From positions 310,001-374,000 of IMG/VR virus record IMGVR_UViG_3300043399_000877: a stretch of DNA of 64,000 nt; one strand, written 5' to 3'. The notes under the pieces are model-generated. The model saw only the letters and a list, made by a program, of their open reading frames with translations, was not told where the DNA came from and ran no database searches. A program made the translations under genes and the position numbers. Below, piece by piece: positions 48,973 through 54,155 of the stretch (position 1 is its first letter; each line of letters opens with the position of its first letter).

Positions 48973-49077
48973 TGGTGGAGAGGGATGGAATCGAACCATC
49001 GACGCGGCAAGTTACCAGCCTGCCCGCTCTACCCAGACCAACTTCAAGATTGGTGATCTTGCTGAGCTACCGTCTCC
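48973..49077 (-). tRNA. Atypical tRNA-Thr(GGT)-like RNA with D-loop insertion
   Basis: GCTC/GAGC D-stem with 34-nt loop, 6-bp anticodon stem with CT-GGT-AA loop, normal T-arm, CCA. Confidence 0.6.
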
Positions 49078-49084
49078 GTTATTT

Positions 49085-49160
49085 TGGCGCCCCCGGCAGG
49101 AGTCGAACCCACAACCTAGGGAGTAGAAATCCCTTGCTCTTCCAGTTGAGCTACGAAGGC
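49085..49160 (-). tRNA. tRNA-Arg(TCT)
   Basis: AGGGA-TT-TCT-AC-TCCCT; CCA. Confidence 0.92.
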
Positions 49161-49393
49161 ATGTCATTTAGTAATTCATTTAGAACTGCGTCAACCAGTT
49201 CTTCTACGAACTCATCTTCTTCACTTGCGAGTACAAAATCGTCTGCACTCATAGTACCAACCACCCATGCATCCCAGTGCCGTGTGCAAAACATTGCATC
49301 AGACAAAGATTCTCTAACGCGGTCTCGGAGTCGCCGTTTTAACGGCTCCGACACAGTTGCAATCAGGGCACGTCGGTCAAGTGCAGTGGTCAC
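49151..49393 (-). CDS. Hypothetical protein
   Basis: CTRHWDAWVVGTMSADDF motif; stop lies within tRNA-Arg(TCT). Confidence 0.65.
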   Translation of the reverse strand: MTTALDRRALIATVSEPLKRRLRDRVRESLSDAMFCTRHWDAWVVGTMSADDFVLASEEDEFVEELVDAVLNELLNDMPS

Positions 49394-49833
49394 AACACGT
49401 AAACCACTGGTTCAACGTCAGTCATTTCATCTTCGATGATCTGACTGATAATGTTCCAATTCCCGCCGCCGAGCCCAGCACCGATTTGCGGCATAGCAAC
49501 CTGCGTTTCACCACTTTGACGAAGAACGCTGTTGATGGTGCGCATACAATCAGCCACTGCTTCGTAGTTCACAAAACGACTACCGTCTCGACCATACAAA
49601 TGCTGAGTAATTGCGTTGATGATTACTTTGCCATTTGAAGGTACAAACTGTACATCACCCAGCTTGAGGCCATGCTCGTCGTACTGCTCAACATAAAACC
49701 GGTATGCGTCAAAGTGGTCGTCACGAACTATACGTGCAACACCTGAACCCATAACGCCCTGGGCATTGCAACCGTGTGCAATGTGCAGGATGTCGGTCTC
49801 GAAAAGATTGCCCTTGCGGTATTGGATTTTCAT
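49390..49833 (-). CDS. Macro domain (ADP-ribose processing) protein
   Basis: GNLF, HGCNAQGVMGSGVA, MPQIGAGLGGGNW. Confidence 0.9.
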   Translation of the reverse strand: MKIQYRKGNLFETDILHIAHGCNAQGVMGSGVARIVRDDHFDAYRFYVEQYDEHGLKLGDVQFVPSNGKVIINAITQHLYGRDGSRFVNYEAVADCMRTINSVLRQSGETQVAMPQIGAGLGGGNWNIISQIIEDEMTDVEPVVYVL

Positions 49834-49836
49834 CTT

Positions 49837-49950
49837 TTACTTCCGGAAAAGATTGGTAACTTTTGCTTGCAGGTCTTTTGCCCATTGCGGCTGAGGAAGG
49901 TTCCAACCAATACCCAGTCCGATAGCGATTCCAACTGCTAGTGTAAACAT
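49837..49950 (-). CDS. 37-aa membrane peptide
   Basis: Hand-translated MFTLAVGIAIGLGIGWNLPQPQWAK...; SD AAGGAG; promoter upstream. Confidence 0.65.
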   Translation of the reverse strand: MFTLAVGIAIGLGIGWNLPQPQWAKDLQAKVTNLFRK

Positions 49951-49972
49951 CTGTGTCTCCTTTGTTAACTGT

Positions 49973-50001
49973 AATATAGTGCCGGGTGTTGCTGTTGTCA
50001 A
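49973..50001 (-). promoter_or_regulatory. Sigma70-type promoter
   Basis: TTGACA-17-TATATT. Confidence 0.7.
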
Positions 50002-50013
50002 GCAACAATACGA

Positions 50014-50586
50014 TTAATCGTCTATTGCCAATGGATCTGTGATAACTGGAACCGATCCACGAAACATAAGATTTGATATTCCGAAATCTAAATCATATTG
50101 CCCGTGTTGTTTTAATTTTTCCAATACTGCCATGATTTCTGGATAAGACCTTGATATATCAGCAACTACTCGTTGATACTGGTCACGATCTCTTCCATCA
50201 TTTGAGAGTATGTAATCGATCATATTGAACACATTACGATTATCTGTGCTGCGCGGATCAAAACTATCAAGCCGTTCCATTCTCACTACGCGAAAGTTGT
50301 TGGGAAGTTTTATAATATTTCCACGAAGTTTTGGAACATGAGGGTTCCCGCGTAGCTGCATAATGTACTGTAAATACTGATCATAACCGGCGTCGTTTTT
50401 ATAAATTTTAACAACGTAATCGGCGCCCGGTTTAGCCAACACATGGGCATATAATCCGCTCCCCAAAGATTCAAACTCAAATCCACGCTGCTGTAGTTGT
50501 TTGACGTAATCTTCTACGCCCAAGACCTCTTGGGCAGAAGCATACGCTGGGTTTTTTCTGTATCCGGTTAATTCACGTAATCGCAT
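50014..50586 (-). CDS. Protein-kinase-like protein (T7 gp0.7-like)
   Basis: LGSGLYAHV, VVKI, HVPK, MERL, DFGISNLM, ITDP; TATAAATACTGT-ATG start. Confidence 0.7.
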   Translation of the reverse strand: MRLRELTGYRKNPAYASAQEVLGVEDYVKQLQQRGFEFESLGSGLYAHVLAKPGADYVVKIYKNDAGYDQYLQYIMQLRGNPHVPKLRGNIIKLPNNFRVVRMERLDSFDPRSTDNRNVFNMIDYILSNDGRDRDQYQRVVADISRSYPEIMAVLEKLKQHGQYDLDFGISNLMFRGSVPVITDPLAIDD

Positions 50587-50600
50587 ACAGTATTTATATT

Positions 50601-50678
50601 TGGTACTCCCGAGAGGATTCGAACCCCTGACCTTCGCGTTCGTAGCGCGACGCTCTAATTCCACTGAGCTACGGGAGT
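50601..50678 (-). tRNA. tRNA-Arg(ACG)
   Basis: TCGCG-CT-ACG-AA-CGCGA; CCA. Confidence 0.92.
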
Positions 50679-50679
50679 A

Positions 50680-51162
50680 TTAATTTATCGATCGATTATC
50701 GGCAAATTGAATAGTTTTTCCAACATAGTTGGCTTCGGCACCGGTCATCATAGCGCGACCGGAGGATTCCAGATCCCAAACAAAATCTGCCATAAATTCT
50801 TGAATGTCTCCGGTCACCTTTTTTAGTTTGTTGACCACCGCTGCGTTTATTGGTCTTACAGCTTCCAATTCTTGCTGGACTTCTGGTGGCAGGTTTCCCG
50901 TCACCGGTACCCATTGTGGTGGATTGGCGTTTCCGAGTTCTGAATGTATTTTGCCCATAACACCGGTTTGGGGGTCATACTCGGTACCCTTGGTTGACTC
51001 ATCTTCAACAGCATTTGCAAGCATCATGAATGTTCTTGCAACGTCCGGTGCAGCTTTAATCAACCAAACATCACCGTCTGCAAATTCATCTATATAACCT
51101 ATGAGAACAGTATTTGCACTTTCATTAATACTGTCTAATTTATTCAGTAATGATCTAAACAC
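50680..51162 (-). CDS. Late hypothetical protein
   Basis: ATAAATA, SD AAGGAG, GTG start MFRSLLNKLDSINES. Confidence 0.65.
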   Translation of the reverse strand: MFRSLLNKLDSINESANTVLIGYIDEFADGDVWLIKAAPDVARTFMMLANAVEDESTKGTEYDPQTGVMGKIHSELGNANPPQWVPVTGNLPPEVQQELEAVRPINAAVVNKLKKVTGDIQEFMADFVWDLESSGRAMMTGAEANYVGKTIQFADNRSIN

Positions 51163-51197
51163 AGCGACTCCTTTTTTATTATTTATGTGAAAGTCTC

Positions 51198-51272
51198 TGG
51201 TGCAGCCTGGAGGATTTGAACCTCCGACATCTGTCGAGTCAGGACAGCGCTCTACCACTGAGCTAAGGCTGC
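51198..51272 (-). tRNA. tRNA-Val(GAC)
   Basis: CTGTC-CT-GAC-TC-GACAG; CCA. Confidence 0.88.
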
Positions 51273-51273
51273 A

Positions 51274-51351
51274 TGGAACTGGCTGGGGGATTTGAACCCG
51301 CCGCTACAAGATCCACAATCTTGTGTGCTAAACCGCTAACACTAAACCAGC
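51274..51351 (-). tRNA. tRNA-His(GTG)
   Basis: CAAGA-TT-GTG-GA-TCTTG; G1:U72, no G-1. Confidence 0.88.
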
Positions 51352-51355
51352 ATTA

Positions 51356-51547
51356 TTAGATTACAATGAACTTGTGATCAGTCAATTCTTCTCTAAGAAC
51401 AAAGTCCTCGTCGAGTTTTACAACTTGCCCTTCTAAAACTCGTTCAATAAGTTTCTTGCTCTCTGCAAGGCTCATTCCAGTGTGCTGTCTCACAGACAGT
51501 ATAGCACTATATGAATTTGCGCCTTTTTTAAAACCTATGATTTGCAT
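51356..51547 (-). CDS. Ribosomal protein L7/L12 C-terminal-like domain
   Basis: AILSVRQHTGMSLAESKKLIE resembles VIK.VR..TGLGLKEAK.LVE. Confidence 0.65.
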   Translation of the reverse strand: MQIIGFKKGANSYSAILSVRQHTGMSLAESKKLIERVLEGQVVKLDEDFVLREELTDHKFIVI

Positions 51548-51563
51548 ACCGATACTCCTCTAT

Positions 51564-51634
51564 TGGTGCCCCCTGTAGGAATCGAACCTACCGATCCGGG
51601 CTTAGGACGCCTGAGCCGGCCCAGCGGAGAGGGC
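51564..51634 (-). tRNA. Atypical tRNA-Arg(CCT) with reduced D-arm
   Basis: 7-bp acceptor, loop GT-CCT-AA, GTAGG-TTCGATT-CCTAC, CCA; 71 nt. Confidence 0.6.
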
Positions 51635-51640
51635 TAAATT

Positions 51641-51718
51641 TGGCGGATAAGGTTGGACTCGAACCAACAACGCAAGGCCTCAACCTGGCACCCGCTCTAC
51701 CTCTTGAGCTACCGATCC
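51641..51718 (-). ncRNA. tRNA-like RNA with degenerate anticodon arm (GTT-centred loop)
   Basis: Canonical D- and T-arms and CCA; anticodon arm GCC-AGGTTGA-GGC irregular. Confidence 0.55.
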
Positions 51719-51729
51719 GCATAATATTT

Positions 51730-51879
51730 TGTCAGCGAACTACAAGCTGGTGGACTCGAACGCACCATCGCCGGCTGTACGCCGGTGTCCTATCCTTTAG
51801 ACGAAACTTCAATCTTATCAGCACTTTTCCGCACCCCGGCGTGGGTTGGGAAGTTACTGGCAACAAAGGTTCGCTGACA
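51730..51879 (-). ncRNA. About 150-nt structured RNA containing a tRNA-like domain
   Basis: Perfect 11-bp closing stem TGTCAGCGAAC/GTTCGCTGACA enclosing a hairpin and D/anticodon/T-like arms; no CCA. Confidence 0.6.
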
Positions 51880-51902
51880 TGGACGATCGCCGCGCCCTAA
51901 CT

Positions 51903-51979
51903 TGGTTGTCCCTCTCGGAGTCGAACCGAGGACCCCAGTCTTATCAGGACTGTGCTCTAACCACCTGAGCTAAGGGACA
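51903..51979 (-). tRNA. tRNA-Ile(GAT)
   Basis: CAGTC-CT-GAT-AA-GACTG; CCA. Confidence 0.93.
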
Positions 51980-51987
51980 GAAATTTT

Positions 51988-52064
51988 TGGTGTGCCGGGT
52001 GAGATTTGAACCCACGACCTTGGAGTTAAGAGCTCCCTGCTCTAGACCACTGAGCTACCGGCGC
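51988..52064 (-). tRNA. tRNA-Lys(CTT)
   Basis: GGAG-CT-CTT-AA-CTCC; CCA. Confidence 0.9.
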
Positions 52065-52070
52065 ATTATT

Positions 52071-52137
52071 TGGAAGATACGCTCGCTCTCCCAGCCAGGG
52101 CACTTTCGCTCCCCAACAAAAGCACAAGCGTATCATC
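52071..52137 (-). ncRNA. CCA-ended long hairpin RNA
   Basis: GATACGCTTG/CGAGCGTATC stem, GAAA apical loop, ends TTCCA. Confidence 0.4.
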
Positions 52138-52144
52138 GAAATAA

Positions 52145-52231
52145 TGGTGAACCGGGTAGGATTTGAACCTACGTTGGCATTGCTGCTACAGATTAAAAGT
52201 CTGTCCCCATCGGCCTCTCGGGCACCGGTCC
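52145..52231 (-). tRNA. tRNA-Lys(TTT) with class II (long variable arm) body
   Basis: ACAGA-CT-TTT-AA-TCTGT; variable arm GCA-GCAA-TGC; CCA. Confidence 0.8.
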
Positions 52232-52370
52232 TAATGAATTCTGTGAAGTTTTGCTTTTCACGTTTGCGTTTCGATTTATATGGTTTATCGTGTGCGCCCG
52301 CAACTCGAAACCGTGCTGCGGCCACAAACGGATTCCTCTGTTTAGGAATCTTCTGACGTTTTCGTTTCAT
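52232..52370 (-). CDS. Small basic protein, possible alternative ribosome-rescue factor; no stop before the tRNA
   Basis: MKRKRQKIPKQRNPFVAAARFRVAGAHDKPYKSKRKREKQNFTEFI; frame continues through tRNA genes to 52026. Confidence 0.55.
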
Positions 52371-52512
52371 CTAAAAATCTTTCCTTGTATTTGCGTATAG
52401 CTGCTATCAGTGCCGCTGTGGGCGCGGGTGGTCGGTTACACGCTTCTACGATACGGTCATACTCTTCCTGAGTCAACAGTATCGTCTCGGTCTCCTGATC
52501 GGTCGTCTTCAT
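52342..52512 (-). CDS. DUF1778/TacA-antitoxin C-terminal-like peptide (56 aa)
   Basis: Hand-translated MKTTDQETETILLTQEEYDRIVEACNRPPAPTAALIAAIRKYKERF... Confidence 0.6.
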   Translation of the reverse strand: MKTTDQETETILLTQEEYDRIVEACNRPPAPTAALIAAIRKYKERFLDETKTSEDS

Positions 52513-52645
52513 TTTTTCTACTTCCTGCTCGGTTCATTACTATAAGATATTCTGGATCAGTAACTCCAAAATCTCCGGGATTCTGTATAATCTGCTCCAT
52601 CTGCTGTTCTGACAGCAATGAAAAAAAACTGTTTGATCCAGTCAT
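52457..52645 (-). CDS. Small hypothetical protein
   Basis: SD AGGAG before ATG. Confidence 0.5.
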   Translation of the reverse strand: MTGSNSFFSLLSEQQMEQIIQNPGDFGVTDPEYLIVMNRAGSRKNEDDRSGDRDDTVDSGRV

Positions 52646-52661
52646 TTTTTACTCCTGTTAA

Positions 52662-52737
52662 TGGTCCCCAGGGACGGGATCGAACCGCCGACACCATGCT
52701 CTTCAGGCACGTGCTCTACCAACTGAGCTACCTGGGG
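52662..52737 (-). tRNA. tRNA-Phe(GAA)
   Basis: CGTGC-CT-GAA-GA-GCATG; CCA. Confidence 0.92.
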
Positions 52738-52743
52738 ATTATT

Positions 52744-52829
52744 TGGTGGGTCGTCTAGGAATCGAACCTAGCATGGGAGTTAACCCGGCGGATTTACAAT
52801 CCGCTGCCACACCTTGTAGCATACGACCC
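52744..52829 (-). tRNA. tRNA-Tyr(GTA)
   Basis: GCGGA-TT-GTA-AA-TCCGC; long variable arm; CCA. Confidence 0.9.
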
Positions 52830-53141
52830 TTAAATTATGTTATTTTGTCTATCAAATTCTTCTTCGTCGAACTCGTCTAGTGTACAAGTGGGATTCCAAA
52901 TGTACACGTCTGTTCGTTTAGCGCCTTTGCCAATAGTAAACTCGGCCCAACCAGTGGGAATTGGTCGATCCCATCCGTTGCGCTTTGCATCCTTGACTGA
53001 ACTGAATTTACCAATTCTAGCCAGCAAGTGTGCCATATTTGTCTCTGTTTCCAGAATCGGCAACAGGACATTTGTGTCTGCAAACAGCATTGTCTTGTCT
53101 GATTCTTCGCATTTTTTACCGATAAAACAAAACTCAGCCAT
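52830..53141 (-). CDS. TyrRS C-terminal/S4-like RNA-binding protein
   Basis: MAHLLARIGKFSSVKDAKRNGW...FTIGKG. Confidence 0.55.
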   Translation of the reverse strand: MAEFCFIGKKCEESDKTMLFADTNVLLPILETETNMAHLLARIGKFSSVKDAKRNGWDRPIPTGWAEFTIGKGAKRTDVYIWNPTCTLDEFDEEEFDRQNNII

Positions 53142-53160
53142 TTTCAGTTCCTCTTGTGTT

Positions 53161-53238
53161 TGGTAGCCCCAACGGGGATCGAACCCGTTTCTCCAGATTG
53201 AAAGTCTAGTATCCTAACCTGCCGTAGACGATGGGGCC
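53161..53238 (-). tRNA. tRNA-Glu(TTC)
   Basis: CTAGA-CT-TTC-AA-TCTGG; CCA. Confidence 0.92.
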
Positions 53239-53243
53239 ATGTT

Positions 53244-53319
53244 TGGTGGTGCTGGTAGGGATCGAACCTACGACACGTGGAATATGAGTCCACTGCTCTA
53301 CCCGCTGAGCTACAGCACC
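53244..53319 (-). tRNA. tRNA-Met(CAT) elongator (or Ile2)
   Basis: GTGGA-CT-CAT-AT-TCCAC; G1-C72; CCA. Confidence 0.88.
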
Positions 53320-53325
53320 GTTATA

Positions 53326-53400
53326 TGGAGGTCAATAGTGGAATCGAACCACTCTAAGCGGATTTGCAATCCGCGGCATAAGCCACTCTGCCAATTGACC
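53326..53400 (-). tRNA. tRNA-Cys(GCA)
   Basis: GCGGA-TT-GCA-AA-TCCGC; U73; CCA. Confidence 0.92.
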
Positions 53401-53408
53401 ATGTATTT

Positions 53409-53485
53409 GCATTTATGAAACACACTCTACGCTATGCGCCCGCTTCGGCTTCGAAGGCCGCCGGACGAGTGTGTTTGATAAATGC
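53409..53485 (-). other. Long inverted repeat (possible RNase III processing stem)
   Basis: GCATTTATCAAACACACTC / GAGTGTGTTTCATAAATGC, 18 of 19 bp paired. Confidence 0.65.
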
Positions 53486-53486
53486 C

Positions 53487-53592
53487 TGTTAGTATTTTAC
53501 TCCGGTGTTATCGCCACACGTTTCATCCACTAACCCGCCCGTTCCCCGTTTTTTAAAGTGCTTGGGTTGGACCTCGTTTCCAATCTGCACTG
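53487..53592 (-). promoter_or_regulatory. Structured tRNA-operon leader with boxB/boxA-like elements
   Basis: TTGGA-AACGAGG-TCCAA hairpin, GCACTTTAAAAA, GTTAGT/ACTAAC stem. Confidence 0.45.
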
Positions 53593-53595
53593 AAT

Positions 53596-53629
53596 AAAAA
53601 AACCCTCCGAGTATTGCTACCGGAGGGTT
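53596..53629 (-). terminator. Intrinsic terminator (attenuator)
   Basis: AACCCTCCGGTA-GCAA-TACTCGGAGGGTT followed by TTTTT. Confidence 0.88.
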
Positions 53630-53655
53630 CCTAAACCTATTGATGTTACGTTAAG

Positions 53656-53754
53656 TTAACATCCGGTTCCACCTCCAGAGCGATTGCCAAAGCAATACTC
53701 ACGACGCATTCTAATGCGCTCAATTTTATTGACATGTTTAAACATGGTGGTCAT
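53656..53754 (-). CDS. Attenuator leader peptide MTTMFKHVNKIERIRMRREYCFGNRSGGGTGC
   Basis: Hand-translated 32-aa ORF between promoter and terminator; its 3' part is complementary to the terminator. Confidence 0.75.
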   Translation of the reverse strand: MTTMFKHVNKIERIRMRREYCFGNRSGGGTGC

Positions 53755-53794
53755 TGCGTTGTCTTTCTTTCTGTTTGTTTTAACTTACTCTGTT

Positions 53795-53823
53795 AACATA
53801 CTACAAGTTTATTTAGCTGTCAA
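53795..53823 (-). promoter_or_regulatory. Sigma70 promoter of tRNA operon (spacer contains TAAATA)
   Basis: TTGACA-17-TATGTT. Confidence 0.75.
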
Positions 53824-53833
53824 CACATTTTAT

Positions 53834-54154
53834 TTATCTTTTTTGATTATCTTTTTTCCATTTACGGATGTAGTCAATTTTCTGTTCTGTAGTCCACTGA
53901 CTAAGATAATCGTTGTCACGGTCAAAAAGTTCGATGAGTCGGTCCTGGTCTACTACTTCGTAATCGACAATTTGCTCACCCAACCATTTTTGGCTGAATT
54001 CTTCAACTTCTTCACAAGTCACACTATCCAATGCCCATTCGGGTTGAACTGTTTTTTCAACGTTTAGTGCTTGTAGGTCGTCCATAGGTACCACATAGCG
54101 CATACGGTGTGTGCTTGTGGTAGTAACGACAACATACTTGTTATACAACGTCAT
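53834..54154 (-). CDS. Conserved T4-like hypothetical protein
   Basis: RMRYVVP...EFSQKWLGEQI. Confidence 0.7.
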   Translation of the reverse strand: MTLYNKYVVVTTTSTHRMRYVVPMDDLQALNVEKTVQPEWALDSVTCEEVEEFSQKWLGEQIVDYEVVDQDRLIELFDRDNDYLSQWTTEQKIDYIRKWKKDNQKR

Positions 54155-54155
54155 G

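Noticed and set aside
50587-51258. N-terminal extensions of ORFs 50014-50664 and 50680-51258 (also 44493-44705)
   Set aside because: The extensions run through tRNA genes; better starts with promoter or SD lie downstream.
51564-51634. Amber-suppressor (CTA) reading of the atypical tRNA, and stop-codon recoding
   Set aside because: The 7-nt loop GTCCTAA centres on CCT; genes are intact under code 11 and TAG is used as a stop.
53487-53592. Hammerhead ribozyme (GATGA...GAAA-like words)
   Set aside because: No CUGAUGA core or correct three-stem arrangement.
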